Assembly (NCBI RefSeq): GCF_009914755.1
Contig: NC_060926.1
Strand: one strand, 5' to 3'
Length of the DNA: 64,000 bases
From: the human T2T-CHM13v2.0 reference genome, Homo sapiens
Shown here: piece by piece, positions 15,125 through 30,930 of the stretch
How the letters are laid out: every line of letters starts with the position of its first letter
Position numbering within the stretch: the first letter of the stretch is position 1
The notes under the pieces: model-generated
The model's database searches: none
Seen by the model: only the letters and a program-made list of their open reading frames with translations
What the model was told of the DNA's origin: nothing
Translations under genes and position numbers: made by a program

Positions 15125-15383
15125 GAGAGAGAGAATGTCTTGCTCTGTCATCCAGGCTGGAGGGCAGTGGCGGAACCACAGCTCACTGCAGCTTCCACCC
15201 CAGGCTCAAGCAATCCTTCTGCCTCAGTCTCCTGAGCAGCTGGGTCTACAGGCACATGCCACATCACCAGGATATTTTTAAATTTTTTGGTAGAGAGGAG
15301 TCTTTCTTAGTTGCCCAGGCTGTTCTCAAACTCCTGGCCTCAAGTGATCCTCCTGCCTTGGTCTCCCAAGTGCTGGGATTACA
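15125..15383 (-). mobile_element. AluJ, truncated at both ends
   Basis: Antisense Alu with J-type ggctcaagcaatcct; no poly(T); first ~25 nt of the Alu missing. Confidence 0.88.
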
Positions 15384-15505
15384 GTTTTGTGTTCTCTTAA
15401 TCATATGCTATATTTATAAGCTCTACCTCACGATATTGTTATTTTTACTTAAATTAGTCTGAGTCAGTTACAGAAATTAATTTTTTCGATAAAAATAGTG
15501 TTTTA

Positions 15506-15806
<301 letters not shown>

Positions 15807-17614
15807 TTACAATATGTTTTACATTTACCTCTTTACTTACCATTTCCGATGCTCTAAGATTCCATCTGGTATCATTTTCTTTAACCTGAACAACATCTTT
15901 TAGGATTACTGGAAGTGAAGGTATACTGGTAAAAAAAATTCACTTGTCTTTTATCTGTCTGACAATATTTTAATTTAAATAATATTTGAAGTTTATTTTT
16001 CCTGGATATTAAATTCTGAGTTAACTTCCCCCTTCTTTATTTAATTTGTTCTGTTGTCCTTATTCCTGTTTTTCTCCCACCACCTCGACCTCAAGGAAAT
16101 ATCAGTGTTAATCATCATTAGAGTTTCCGTATATATGATTGACCTTTCATTCTCTTGCTTTCTTATAAGATCCTATCTTTGCGATTCGTTTAAAGCATTT
16201 TGACTGCAATGTGTATAGCTGTGATTTTTCTTATATGTACTGTATTTGGGACTAGCTGAGAATCTTTAATATGTGTATCATTGTCTATTGTCATTATTAT
16301 TATTACTATTAGTATAAGTAAACTATTTTTGAGCAATTATTTTTTATAGAATTTTTCTATTTCCTTTTCTCTCTTCTTTCTTCTGGGACTCTAATTTTAC
16401 TAATGTTAAGTTGCTTGATACTTTCCTACAGGTCACTGAGGGCTCGCTTCATTTTTCTTTTTTCCCCTTTTAATTAGATTAAATTAGTTCCATATATTGC
16501 TAATCATGTTTACTAACAATCTCTTCTACTATCTTTAATATGCCTTTGCGGCTGTAAAGAAAAAAATATAATTTCAGTTAGCATGCTTTTAAGTTTTAAA
16601 ATATCTTTCTGGTGCTTTCACATAACTTCAGTTGTTTTGCACACATTACTTCTTCTTTCTCTATTAAGATTATATTTTCCTTAGATCATTTGGGCATTAT
16701 TGGATTATTTAAAATATTTATATTAACTGTGCACTGGACATAGTAAAAGATATACTGTAGATGTTCTAGATTTTCCTTTAAATATTCCGTTAAAATTGTT
16801 ATTTACTTCGTTCTAATAGGCAATTGAGTTACTGGTAAAAACTTACACTTCTGTAGCCTTTATTTTTATGTTTTGTAAGAACAGATCCACAAAAATCCCC
16901 CCAAAATTTCTAATATCCTCTCATTGGCAGACTCAACCTACAACTCTGTCTTCTCTAATTCAGACTTAATTTTAAAGTTTATTAGGATGAGGCTAAAAGA
17001 AGAGCTTACCATAGGGCATCGTCCTTATACTTAAAGAATAGCCTTTCTAGTAGCTCCAGAGTGTTAATAAGGGTTAACTTCTTTTTTTAAATATATGTTG
17101 GCTAGCCAGTGTCTACGTGTTCCACATCACTAACTGACTGCTAATATCAATTTTCCTTTCTCAACCCTGGAGAACACATATCTCGTAAGTCAGTTATTGT
17201 ATTACTCCTTCCATGTAAAATCTAGCTTTCGGTCAAGGACTCATGGGGAAGCCACCACAGACCTTTGAGATAACCCTGATTCAGTCTCTCTTTTGCCTCA
17301 GGTCCTGTCCTACAGATACCAGCTGCGTCAGTTGCCTTGAATTCTGATATCTACCTTCCCACTCATTAAGATGGTCAGAGTCACCTCAATCTCCAGAAAT
17401 CCATTCTTCAGTTGGAATACTGTCCCAAGACAGAGAGCCAGGGAATTTTTCTTATTTCTCTTCTTTCATGGATCACAGTCTTGTGCAATCTGTCTTCCAA
17501 TACTGAAAGTTTTTCTTCGTATATTTTGTGTTTGTTTTTATGGTTGTTAAAAACATAAGGGGTAGTCTGCTACCACTTACCCTGACATAAATATTAAAAT
17601 TGAATGGCCACAAA

Positions 17615-17752
17615 TACTTCTTCAAGCCTCTGCTTGCATAAATATTGCTAACATTCCATGGGCTAAGCAAGTCACATGGTGAAGGCCAGAGTCATACTGG
17701 GTGGAACTAAAAAGGTCTTAGGTATGATCAACTTTACTGCAATCTGTCTACA
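17615..17752 (-). mobile_element. MLT1-type LTR fragment
   Basis: acattccatgggctaagcaagtcacatgg...gcaatctgtctaca. Confidence 0.5.
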
Positions 17753-17754
17753 AA

Positions 17755-20700
17755 ATTGCTATCTGTGTAATTGGAGCCTAAGAAAAAGAGAAGATAAATA
17801 GGATGGGTCCGGACTAATAACTGAAAAGATAATGGTGGAAAATTCTTCAAAACTGAGAAGAGATATCAAAGTGATTAGAAAGAATCCTCATCTCTAACGA
17901 GATTTAAAAATATGTAATAAAGCTCCTATTTACATCATAATAAAATAGTAGAATAAGGGTGGAGAGAGGAAATATTAAAAGTAGGTAAAAAATAGGAATA
18001 TTAGTAACTTCATAAAAACAACTGAAACAACCTAATATTTGACTTCTTTGTGTAGAAATAGTGAACAAAAGAAAACAACTATCAATGCAGGATTCACTTT
18101 CAGGAGCCCAAATCAAGTTAAAGTTTTCTAAAGTAAATTCACTGACAAAGAAAGAGTAAAAGTAGATTTACTGTATTTATATTTATATTTCATCTATACT
18201 AATAGCTAGTTAACATATAACAAATTAGAAGAATAAGATAATAAGTTGTAAATAAGAAAAATGAAAAAGTAACATGGTACAGTTTGAACAAATATAAAGC
18301 AAACAGTAATATTATGGATTTAAATTTAAATATTGAAATAATTACATTTAATGTAAACAAACTAAATTATCTAAAGCATTGTAAAAATGAAATTTTAAAT
18401 TAGCCTATATGTTGTTTACAAAGAGCACAACTTGAATGTAAAGATTACAATGGTAAAATTAAAATAATAGACACAGTGTGGATACCAGGTAAACAGTAAA
18501 AAATTTAAAAAAAGTTGCTAAATATCAAACCCTTTAGGGAAAGAAGAATTAGTAGAAATAGAGGGATATTTTATAATAATAAAAGGTCAAGCCAACAAAA
18601 AGACATGACAATTTTAAATGTATGTGGACATATTACCTAGGCTAAAATACGTATAGAAAAAGTCGACAAAACTATAAGAAAAAGAAAAAACCATCAAACT
18701 TTTAAGTTTGGAAGATTTTACTAAGCCTCTTTTTAGTAATTTATAGAACAAGCAGATTAAAAAGTAAGCATATAGATGATCCAGACTACAGAGTTACAGA
18801 TTTGTTCTAATTAACATACTTCACCTAAGAACTATAGAAAATAGGTTTTTTAAGTGACCATAAGATATTTAACAAAATTTATTATTTGCTAGAAATAAAA
18901 TCTCAACATGTCATAGAATTTAAATAATGAATAGGACATTTCTAAATCACAGTGAAATTAATTTATAATTCAATTAAAACAAAATTAACTTTGAAATCCT
19001 CGTATGTTTGGAAACTAAGGAACATATTTCCAGAGAAATATACTTCAGAAAATAAATTCTAATAAAAATTTAAAATATATTTAACTGAATATGAATAAAA
19101 CTATTGTATATCTCAGCAAGCAAGATGCTGCTTACTGAGAAATTTTAGCCTTAAATTCATTTAATATATAAAAGGAAAGGCAGAAAACAATGATCTAAGA
19201 ATCCTTCTCAAGAAGTTAGAATAACATCAAATTAAACTCAACAAAGAGAAGGAAAATTTAATAAATAAGAGAAAATAATAAAATAGAAAACAAGTAGACA
19301 ATATAATAAACCAAAAAAAAGTTAACATATTACAAAGATTAATAAAATTGATAATTCCCTTATAATGTTGATCAACAAAGAGGGAGAAGTGGTGGGGTGA
19401 GGTGAGACAGAGATACGGAGAGATAGAGAAAATTTCAGAGAGATATCTCAAATAGCTAGTACTGAAGAGTTATATTGCTAATATCATAGACATTAAACAA
19501 TATAATATGAAGCTATCCTGATTAACTTCAAAGCAATAAAAATTAAAATCTAGAAAATAATGACAAATTCCTAGAAAAACACAAAATACCAAGACTAAAA
19601 AGAATTCACCAGTGAATTCTGCCAAACACGTATGAAAGAAATAATGACAAACACATGCAAATTCTTCCAGAGAATAGAAATAGGAGGAATACTTTCCAGC
19701 CCATTGTATAAGGTCAGCATGACCCTTATAACATATCTGACATCAAAATAATTTTTAAGAAGGAAAATTATAGGACAATTTTACTCAAAAATATAGATGT
19801 AATATTCCCAAATTAAATATTAACAATATTAACAAAATAATCCCAACAGTATAGAAAAGGGACATCCTATTATAACCACATTGAGTTTATTCAAGACTAT
19901 AATATAATCCACTACAATAACAGAATAAATTATTTAAATAATAACATCTCAATAGATAGATGGTTTATTCCAAGCATGCAAGATTTGTTCAATAGTCAAA
20001 GAATAATTAATATATGACATCATATTAACAGGCTAAAGAAATAAACCACATGTTCATATCAGTTGGTGCAGAAAAACCATTTGACAAATCTAAAACTCAT
20101 TAATTACGCACCATCATTTATCCCTGAAAAATAAAAACTTATTTTATACAAAAACATGTACACAAATGTTTATAGCACCTTTATTTATAATAAGTCCAGA
20201 TAGGAAACAATCCAAATTTCCTTCAATGAGTGAATAAACTATGGTACATCCATATCCTGAGCTACTACTCAGGAACATAAAATAACAAACCATTAGTAAA
20301 TATAACAAGATACATGAATCTCCAGAGGATCGTGGAAAAATCACATTCCCAAATCCAAAAAAAAATCAAAATAAAGCCAATTCCCAAAGATTATATACCG
20401 TAAGATTCCATTTATCCAGCATTCTTGATTTGCCAACATTGTAAAAGCAGCAGAAAGAGTAGAAATTGCCAGAGGTTACAGAGTGTGGGGGTGGAATGAA
20501 AGACATTGTGGCTATACAGGGATGATTGTTGTGGTAATAGAAATGTCCTGTATCTTGACTGTATTAATACCAATATACTGGTTGTGATATTGTACTATAG
20601 TTTTGCAAGTTTTATTATTAGAGGAAACTGGGTAAAAAAGAAATGGAATCTCTTGGTTATTTCTTACAACTGCCACGGAACCTACAATTATCTCAAATTA

Positions 20701-21135
20701 AAAAGCTTTATTATAAAAAACAAAAACATGATTTCTCAATAAGTTCAGAAAAATCATTTGATAGATAATATCCCCTGTTCATATAAAGAGCCTTAGAAAA
20801 TTAGCTAGAAAAAAAAACTTCTTTTATCTAATACAAACATCATGTACTGATAAAATTTTGGAAGATTTTCCTATAAGGTCCACAATAAAGCAAGTGTGGT
20901 GCTATCATAATTCTGTTTAATATTGTACTTGTGGTACGAACAAGTATAATAAGGTAAGAAAAAGAAACTCTAAAATGAAAAATACAATATGTACAACTTA
21001 AATATAAATATATGTATATATACATATATAAAAGATGGACTAAAGAGCAGAATGAAGAAGACATTAAAAGTTAGTAAATTTGAATGTGTATATATGCATT
21101 TTCCAATTAGAGGCACAGAGAGGAAAAAACTTGAA
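17755..21135 (+). mobile_element. Mosaic of old L1M ORF1/ORF2 remnants, including an L1MC/MD-type 3' end at ~20105-20720
   Basis: Degenerate ORF2 sequence; 3'UTR motif gtatcttgactgtatt...ggttgtgatattgtactatagttttgcaag...caattatctcaaatt. Confidence 0.7.
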
Positions 21136-21139
21136 GAAT

Positions 21140-22610
21140 AAAGCTGGACCTCTATCTGTCAGCATATACAAAAATTAACTCAAGGTGGATTAAAGACTTC
21201 AATATAAGACCTGAAACTATAAAACTACTAGAAGAAAACATAGGAGAAACACTTCAGGACATTGGTCTGGGTGAAGATTTTACTGCTAAAACTTCAAAAT
21301 CACAGCAATCAAAATCAGCAATTGACAAATCAGACTATATTAAACTCAAAATCTTCTGCACTGAAAAAGAAACAATCAACAGAGTGAAAAGACAACCTGT
21401 TGAATGGGAAAAAATATTTCCAAACTGTTCATCCAACAAAGGACTAAATATCCAGAATATACAAGGAACTCAACCTGACAGTAACAAAAACACCAACAAA
21501 TAATCCCATTAAAATATGGACAAAGGACATGAATAGAAATTTCGTAAAAGAAAACATACAAAGAGCCAAAAGGTATATGAAAAACTGTTCAGCATCACTA
21601 ATCATCAGGAAAATGAAAATCGAAACCACAATGAGATATGATCTTAGCACAGTTAGAATGGCTATTTTTAAAAAGACGAAAGACAACAGATGCTGGTGAG
21701 GATATGGAGAAAATGGTACTCTTATATGCTGTTTGTGGGAATGTAAATTAGTACAGCCTCTGTGGAAAACAGTATGGATATTTTTCAAAAAGCTAAAAAT
21801 AGAACTACCATATGATCTAGTAATCCCACTACAGGGTATTTATCCAAGAGAAAGGAAATTGATATATCAAAAGGATACCTGAACCCCAATGATGTAAACA
21901 CACAGCACTAGTCACATTAGCAAAGATATGGAATCACCCTAAGTGTTCATCAATGAATAAATTTTTAAAGAAAATTATATATATAATTTATATGTAAATT
22001 TATAATATATATATTTAATGTACACACATACTATTTGGCCACTAAAAAAAAAATTATGTCATTTGCAGCAACATGGATGGAACTGGAGGTCATTACATTA
22101 AGTGAAGTAAACCAGGCACAGAAAGATAAATATTCATGTTCTCACTCATATGTGGGAGCTAATAAATATTGATATAATGGAAGCAGAGAGTAGAATGATA
22201 GATACCAGAGGCTGGGAAGGGTGTGTTAGGGAGAGGGTAAAGAGAGGGTGGTTAATAGGTGCAAACATGTGGTTAGATAGAACAAATAAATTTTAGTATT
22301 CAATAGCAGAGTATTTGATAGAGTAGTGTGGATATAGTTAACAAGAATGTATTGTGTATTTCTATTACTACTATTATGTAGTAGTAAATAGAGTAGTGTG
22401 ACCATAGTTGACAACAATGTATTTTATATTTCAAAATAGCTAGAAGACCTAAAATGTTCCCAATACAAAGAAAGGTAAATTAATACTCGAGCTGATGAAT
22501 ACCGTAAATACCCTAATTTGATCATTACACATTCTATGCATATAACAAAATTTCACATGTACCTCATGGATATGTACAAATATGGTGTATAAATAAAAAA
22601 TACAAATCTA
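21140..22610 (+). mobile_element. L1MA 3' portion (ORF2 end, 3'UTR, A tail)
   Basis: gacctgaaactataaaactactagaagaaaacatagg through ttgatcattacacattctatgc...aaataaaaaa. Confidence 0.9.
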
Positions 22611-24064
22611 AAAATATAGGTAAAATACAGGCTAAAGTAAAGCGAAAAGAAAGTGGTATTTCATGCAAACAGAAAACATAAGGCTGGAACGGCTAATACT
22701 ATCAGACAATACATTTCAAGATAAATAGTGTGAGTATATCCAAAAATATCTTTCAAAATCAGAGGTGAAATAAAGACTTTTAAAGACCAAAAAAAGAGAG
22801 TATTATTACTAGCCGACTTGCATTAAAAGAAATGCTAAAGAAAGTTTTAAGATAAAAGGAATATGGTAACAGAAACTTGGATCTACACAAATAACTAAAG
22901 ATCTCTGAGAATGGTTAAGATGAAGATGTTTTCTAACTGCTTGAAATAGTTAAATGAAGACAAATCCAGCCTTCAGATTTATTAAAGAACCCATAAGGAC
23001 CTTCACCAGACTCTAGACTTTGTGGACTTTGTTTTAACATTTTACTGAATGTTTAGGCTCTTTATAAATATTTATCAAATAACATAGATCATATATTAAT
23101 TCACTTTGTATCTCTGAAAACTATCATATGCCTGGCCCATCAAAAGCATGAAATAAATGTCTGATTGAAGAAAATAAAGATGGTAAAAATACTCTTTTAA
23201 AATGATTCACTGCTGTACCCTTTGCCTTGGCTGATAGTTGATATTAGAATCATACACTTGAGCAACATTATTTTCTTGAGAAACCAGAAAGTGAAAAGCT
23301 TCCTTATTCTGTTTAACTTTGTCCCATATAAAACCATAAAATAAACATGTGACTTGGAAAAAAATAAGGAAAAGCAAATCACAAAATCCAAATTTTTTAT
23401 CTTTGCCTCTGCTTCCAGAAAATCTAAAGCCAGTATTAGATTAAACTGTTAGAAATTAGCTTATTTCAAATACCTCACTTAAATAGGCTTATTATATATG
23501 GATCTCAATTCTTTTGTTCCCCATGGGAAATCATTCAAAAAGCAGGCTAAAAAATTACACATACAAATTCCAGTGATAAAATAAATTGAAAATCGTGGTT
23601 CAGTGGTACTTGTATGTCTTTATTTTCTTCCATAGTGTCATGTAATGATGTCAAGCTGAGAACGTCTCCCAAGACCAGTTGTCAGAAGAATCTAATACTG
23701 GAATTCATGAAAGAGACCTTAAATACTGCTTTGTTACTAGTGTTCACATTATATGTATTACCAGCTTTTCTTCACAACAGCTCCAACCTTCAGGAAATTT
23801 GTGGAAAATACTATAAAGTGAAGACAAGAAAGACAACTATAAACATTGGATGTAATATTGGGACTACATATACAGGATGGGTGATAATTCTCCCTACTAA
23901 TGTACTCAATATTTTCACTGAAACATGATTTTCATGGTTTTAAGTCAATTAATTCATGGCTGTCTAAAGAAGTGATCTCTTTGGACACTTGTGTGTTGGC
24001 AAATTCTCTTTACTGGTACCATATAGAATCTTCAAGTGCTTCATGAGCAAGTGTTTTCTGTTAA

Positions 24065-24066
<2 letters not shown>

Positions 24067-24124
<58 letters not shown>
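24067..24124 (+). repeat. Compound (CT)n(CA)n microsatellite
   Basis: Directly visible. Confidence 0.95.
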
Positions 24125-24125
<1 letters not shown>

Positions 24126-24569
24126 CCCTAGTATAACCTGCTTAAATGGATTGGAAATCTCAATTTTAGGGGACTTAAAATTCCCACCACATTAAATGAG
24201 ATAAATGGTTAGTGTGATACTGGATGTACAAGAAGCCTGTTTGTTTCTAATACTCGGGGTCCTTTAACACCCCTGCTTAATGTTCATCTGTGATTTCTCA
24301 AACCACTGAGAGAAACTTTAAGCTCTCTAACGTCACCTTCAACACCTCTGTTTTTTATTTCTCCTTTTGTTCCTATTTCCCTATCTTCCTCCTTCCTTCC
24401 TTTCTCCTCCTTGTGACCGCACTTTTTTTTTAAGGTTTTAAGACTTGTATGCCATTTCAACATAAAGAGGTTTCTCACTATTCTTATATAAAATTTATTT
24501 CCATCATAACAGCCTATTTGCTTCCTTCAAGCACTAACATAAATCTGTAATTATTCCAGGTATTGCTTA

Positions 24570-24800
24570 AGTTCATTCATTCAACAAATATTTATGAAGT
24601 TCCCACTGTGTTCCAAACATTGGACACGCCAAAAGCAATGTAGTAACAACAACAACAAAAAGAGACTTTCATGGAACATAATTTCATGGGAAGAGAGAGA
24701 AAACACATAAGAAATAAATTAGAAAATATCATCATTGGTCTTAGATACTGCTAAGACCAATGATGAATAAAATAGAGTAATATGATGTGGAAATACTTTA
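24570..24800 (-). mobile_element. L2 3' fragment
   Basis: ttcattcattcaacaaatatttatgaagttcccactgtgttcca, the typical L2 3' end. Confidence 0.7.
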
Positions 24801-25363
24801 TTATTATTGTACCACTCTGAAAAATGTAGGCTTTATGATGGCAAGAAGCAAATTTGATATTTTCTTTGCTATATCCCCAGCGAATTACATGGCACATAAT
24901 ACTCGTTCAATGTATGTTTATTAAATTACATAATTAACTAATGGAAAAAGTATAACTGGTAGAACATGAAAACTGCATTATCAACTTCTCAAAACCAAGT
25001 ACCTTGAAATGATCCCGCATTACCTTCAGAAATCCACAACGTTTTGCCAAGACCATTTTATTTAGAAAGGTATTGTTCTGGTAGACTAGTAGTTGGAGAC
25101 ACCATTTAGCATGATGAAAAATAGCTTTTTAAAAAGTCATCTGGTACCAGGTTTTAGCAGTTGCAAAGTCTGGTAGAAAATGCCAAGGAGCGACTGAAGA
25201 GGGAGTTTTTATTTTTTTTGCCTAATTATATTTGTCAGGGTGAATAGTTTTACTCTGGGCTCTGAACAATGTTATTTAACCTATTCCCTTTGAGTAATTG
25301 TATAGCTATAAAATATGGCAGTGTGTCTCTATAAGTAGAAATATCAATATTGTAATATATATG

Positions 25364-25703
25364 TGTATTAGTCTGTTTTCATGCTGCTGATAAAGACATA
25401 CCCGAGACTGTGAAGAAGAAGGGGTTTAATTAGACTTATGGTTCCACATGGCCGGGGAGGCCTCAAAATCATGGCGGAAGGTGAAAGGCACTTCTTACAT
25501 GGTGGCGGCAAAAGAAAATGAGGAAGAAGCAAAAGTGGAAACCCCTGATAAACCCATCAGATCTCGTGAGACTTATTCCCTATCACGAAAATGACATGGG
25601 AAAGACCAGCCCCCATGATTCAATTACCTCATGCAACATGTGGGAATTCTGGGAGATACAATTAAAGTTGCGATATGGGTGGGGACACAGCCAAACCATA
25701 TCA
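25364..25703 (-). mobile_element. THE1 solo LTR
   Basis: tgtattagtc...ccaaaccatatca; perfect TSD ATATG. Confidence 0.93.
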
Positions 25704-26838
25704 ATATGTGAATATACATATGTAGATACAGACACTGATCTAGGGAAGGAGAAAAGAAGAACCCATTGATGTAACATCTGCAATATGGAAATCTGTGGCA
25801 AACTGGTTTTAAAGCAACACTTTAAAGAGAATTCTCTTCTGTTTTGATAAACCCATTTCTCCCTCTATTCGCTTACATTCTCTGAAGGTTTGTTTTCAGT
25901 CCTCTATTTCTATCTAGGCTCTTACTACATCATTTTTTTTTCAAATGTTATGACTGCCTACCAGGTACAGAATTCCGTATTAGCTGCAGAGGCAGGATAG
26001 AAAAGTGCCAAATATATACAGACTTTACCTAGAGGTGATGAATATACCAGTATTTCACCATTAATAGCTTTAGTGAAACCACTCATTAATATATATGTTC
26101 AAACTACTCATGAATATAAACATATTAAATCCAAATCACAACATTTGCCTAAAGCTTAAGTAGAACACTAAGAATTAGAGATATAGACTCTGGAATTATC
26201 AGCACTTTTATTTATTTATAAATCTCTATATATTTTTAAAGTATTCATGGAAGCACATAACAATGAGAACAAAAATGTACACAAATTTATAGATAAGAAA
26301 ATATTCTGGCAGAAAATCAGTAAAATCTGATTTAACTTCTCCATATTAAACATTGACACATATATGGAAATTAAAAGGATAAATGCAATTTCTCAACAAC
26401 CATGGGAAATAAAATGCTGGCATAATTTATGTATGGCAGAAATAATTTTTATCAAAGGAAATGAAGACAAAGGCTGATCCTCATGATCATTGTGGAAGAA
26501 AAGATGAGAGCTTCCCCTTCCTCCTATCTCCACTATACCACCATCTGCAACTCTACTTCAAATTCAAAGGCTGTCCTCCAACCAGAGGCAAGAAAGCCAT
26601 CTCAGAAGCATACTTTTCTGCTGCAGCCAGGACTGGTTCACCTCTATAGCCTTAATCAGCAATTCTTTCTGAGACTGACATTTCCAGAAAGACAACATAA
26701 ACAGGGGATTACAACGTGCAATATCAGAGATTTGAGGTTAGCAGTAAAATAGCCTAGAGACCAGAAGTAATAATATGGGAGCAATAACAGAATATATACT
26801 AGAAAAATATATACTAGAAAAAACAAAACACTTTGTTA

Positions 26839-27037
26839 CAGTGTTAAATCTGGAGCTGGATTCCATGAGCCAATTACCCACAGCTCTTCCTCCATGTGCA
26901 GTGATGTCAGGTGGTAGCTTGAAATAGACCACAGTGGCAGCATTTATAACATAGAAATTAGCAAATACTGCATATCACGGCTTCTTTTCTTACCCCTCAG
27001 GAGAGCCTACTGTTAAGCATTTCCCAGTACATCAGCA
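26839..27037 (+). mobile_element. MER63A-like hAT non-autonomous element
   Basis: cagtgatgtcaggtggtagcttgaaat...ggagagcctactgttaagcatttcccagtacatca resembles the MER63A consensus as I recall it. Confidence 0.7.
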
Positions 27038-27320
27038 CATTTTTCTTCAGTTTTTAAATTTACTCTTCCTGGCAAGAGAATGAATACAACTAATTTCAGA
27101 TTATCCTCAACCAATTTCCAACTAGGTAGGGTCATCAGAAGTGTGTTTGCATAGGTCCACAGATTTACTCTAGATAAAAGACTAAAACTACCAGGAATTT
27201 GTCCAGGAGCTATGAACATCAGTTTTCCAAAAATAACTAAGTAGATCCAATAATACCCAGATGGATGTATGAAGAGCTAAGGAAAAACACCTGCAGTGAT
27301 TTGGACTAACATCTGACCTA

Positions 27321-27719
<399 letters not shown>

Positions 27720-27779
27720 TTAGAAAATGACACATTGTACTGTTAATAAAATTCAAGATATCACATGCTGTACATACAA

Positions 27780-28700
27780 AACAACAGATAAAGGAAAATA
27801 ATTTAAATAAAGCAAGAGAAAGACAAAAAAGAAACTGAGAGACAAAACTGAAAAAAGTGAGAAATGCACGAAAGAAAACTATACAGACAGAACAAAGAAA
27901 CAGAGGTACTTAAAATGAGCATTAGAAGTGGTCAATAAAATAAAACAATATGATCAGTATATTAGAGAAAGGGAGGAAAACCTTAATTTTTTCTCCAAAT
28001 ACAAAGGAAAAGTGCAAAAAAACCAACTTGGTGAGTAAAAAGTCAGCAACAGAGAATAGAGGAAAAAAAGCATATAGTTCATTGCTATTTGTAAGAAGAG
28101 ACTAGAAGTAAGAATACGGGAGAAATAACAGAATATATACTAGAAAAATGCTTTTTGTGAATGCGCAAAAATATTTTCTGAATATTTGGAGAACCCTCAG
28201 AGTAATAAGCAAAATTAATGAAAAATATGCCAATATGTGGCAAATTCTGGAGATTTAAAATAATTTCTAGGACATTGGGAGAATGACAGATTTTCATCCA
28301 GAAGAAAAAATAATATTAGAAGCATTTATTTACAAAGAGCTAAGTAATACCTTTAGATCATTAAACGCTAGGTGGTGGTGATAGTGGGGTGTGTGCGGCG
28401 GGGGTGGGGGGTGTTTCCTATGAATTCTTTAAGATTTCAAGGTGCTATTTAAGTGTGAGGGCAATAGAAAAATATTGGAAAGCGTTAGGGTGTAAAGCTT
28501 ACCCTTACACACGTACTTTCTGAAAAAATACGAACTAAATATATGTCCAGGCAGGCAAAGGATGTATCAGATTAATACTTATAATAAATAAACTTCCAGA
28601 ATGAGTAAGCTCTGATACAAAATGAATGTAGGGGAGTAACTGAGAAATAACACACAGCATGAGTTTCAAATGACTGCAGCAAATGTTCACAATGCTATAT
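27780..28700 (+). mobile_element. Very old L1/HAL1 ORF1-like remnant
   Basis: A-rich, degenerate ORF1-like motifs (aaggtgctatttaagtgtgagggcaatagaaa). Confidence 0.4.
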
Positions 28701-28740
28701 ATAAATGTCAAATTGAGTTCATACTAAGAAATGTGAAATT

Positions 28741-29066
<326 letters not shown>

Positions 29067-29177
29067 AAATGTGAAATTGTTAAAACCATTAATGTTATAA
29101 TTAATAGCAATACATATTTCAAGCCTGGAAATGTGGAAGAAAAGGCAAAAATGTCAATTTTGTTAATGTATAATGGG

Positions 29178-29662
29178 TGTAATAGTGAGGGTTCTCCAAA
29201 GAAAAAAAGTCAATAGGTAAGATTTATTATAAGGAATTGGCTCAGTGATGATGAAGGCTGAGAAGTCCCATGAACTGCCATCTGCAACCTGGAGACCCGT
29301 AGTGTAGTTTAAAGCCCTGAGAAGGAGAAAGTTAATGGTGTAGATGCCAGTTACAGTCTGAAGATCTGAGAACCAGGAACACTGAGGGCAGGAGAAGATG
29401 AGAAGATGAATGTTCCAGCTCGACAGTCAGGCAGACAGACAGCAAATTCATCTTCCTGTGCCTTTTTGTTCTATTCAGATCTTCAGTGCATTGGTTGATG
29501 CCCACTCACACTGGGGAGGGTGCTCAGATTTACACAGTCTATGGATTCAAATGCTAATCTCTTCCGAACACATCCTTAGCAACTAACCCAGCAACGCTGT
29601 TTAAGCAGATATCTGGGCATTCCATGGCCCAGTCTAGATGACACACAAAATTAACCATCACA
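29178..29662 (-). mobile_element. MLT2 (ERVL) solo LTR
   Basis: agggttctccaaaga...ggaattggctca...gacacacaaaattaaccatcaca. Confidence 0.88.
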
Positions 29663-30269
29663 TAGGGGAATACCATTCACTGTGATGTTTAAATCAATGT
29701 AAGGTCAACTATTAACTTTACTATCCTAGAGATAACTATTAGCAAATATAAAAAACAAGTTCTCAAATCATGAATGTGATCTGATCATCCAAGGAGGGTA
29801 TGAAAAGTCAAGTTGTGGAAAAAAAGTATAATAAAAGAGCCATAAAGCCAATTGCCCATGATGTCCAGGCATTGCAGGAAAACTATGAGGGTTCAGACAG
29901 ACAGAATAAATGAGCAGAGACTATGACATGAAATGCCCTAAGGAGTTTGCAGAGGGCAATTAGTGGAAGTTAGAAATGGGAGTAATGGAAAGGTGGGGGA
30001 TTGTTATCATCGCCTGGGAACTTGGAGTTTGAGTTTTGGCATCATGACCAGGACCAGTGTGTACAGTAAAGGAGGTTTTTCAAGGGGTATAGAAGTAGAA
30101 GTCATTGGACTAAATTAATACTTCAATGAACTCTGAGGTTTAGGATACTGGATCTGAGAAACAATGCGGATAATGCATTAGCATGGGAAGAAAGATGTTT
30201 ACTGGATTTTAGGATTATAGTAATCATGTTTTTTGTCCCTTTGTTTCTCCAACTCTAAATCAATAATAT

Positions 30270-30930
30270 AATGACGTTTTCATATATTGTGGTGAGAATT
30301 AAATGGTTTATTGCATTTAGAAACACCTGTGGTACACAACAAGCGCTTAATAAATGTTAGCTTTTTTCTGAATAAAATGACTGCCAAATGCTTATTTTTC
30401 TTTGATGCCCATGTATAATAGATTTCCTCTCATTTGCAACTCCAGAACACGAGGTTTTTACTTAGTATAACCAGAAAGTAAGAAACTGCATAATCATGTA
30501 CATACAAAGTATAGTGAAAGAAAAGAAAAAGAAAAGCTACAAGTGGAAAATTTTGAGTATGTGCCCCTTCTACTGATTTTTGTTATATTCCTGCTTTCTT
30601 CTACTTACAGACTCATCTTTCTTCTTTTCTTCATAAATTAGGAGTCTCCAGCCTTAGTCTTCTTTTGCTCTTATCCTCTGAGTTACTTGGTTCATTTGCA
30701 TGACTTCAATTAACATCTATGTGCTGATGACTCCAAAACATGTACCCCTGCCCAAATTTCTCCCCAGTGCTCAGAACCTGATTATCTATAGGCCTACTTA
30801 ATATCGCTACCTCAATGTCCCCCCAATTATTTCCTTTTTCATCTCCAAATCTGCTTCTTCCCCATGTAACAAGACCAAAATCTGGGAATGATCAAAAATC
30901 CATCCTCGTTCTTATACTTACTTATTATTA
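30270..30930 (+). mobile_element. MIR and L2 fragments
   Basis: gtgagaattaaatg...taataaatgttagc (MIR); catctatgtgctgatgactccaaa (L2 RT remnant). Confidence 0.6.

Noticed and set aside
28371-28412. G-rich run with G-quadruplex potential
   Set aside because: Isolated, imperfect G tracts with no promoter context.
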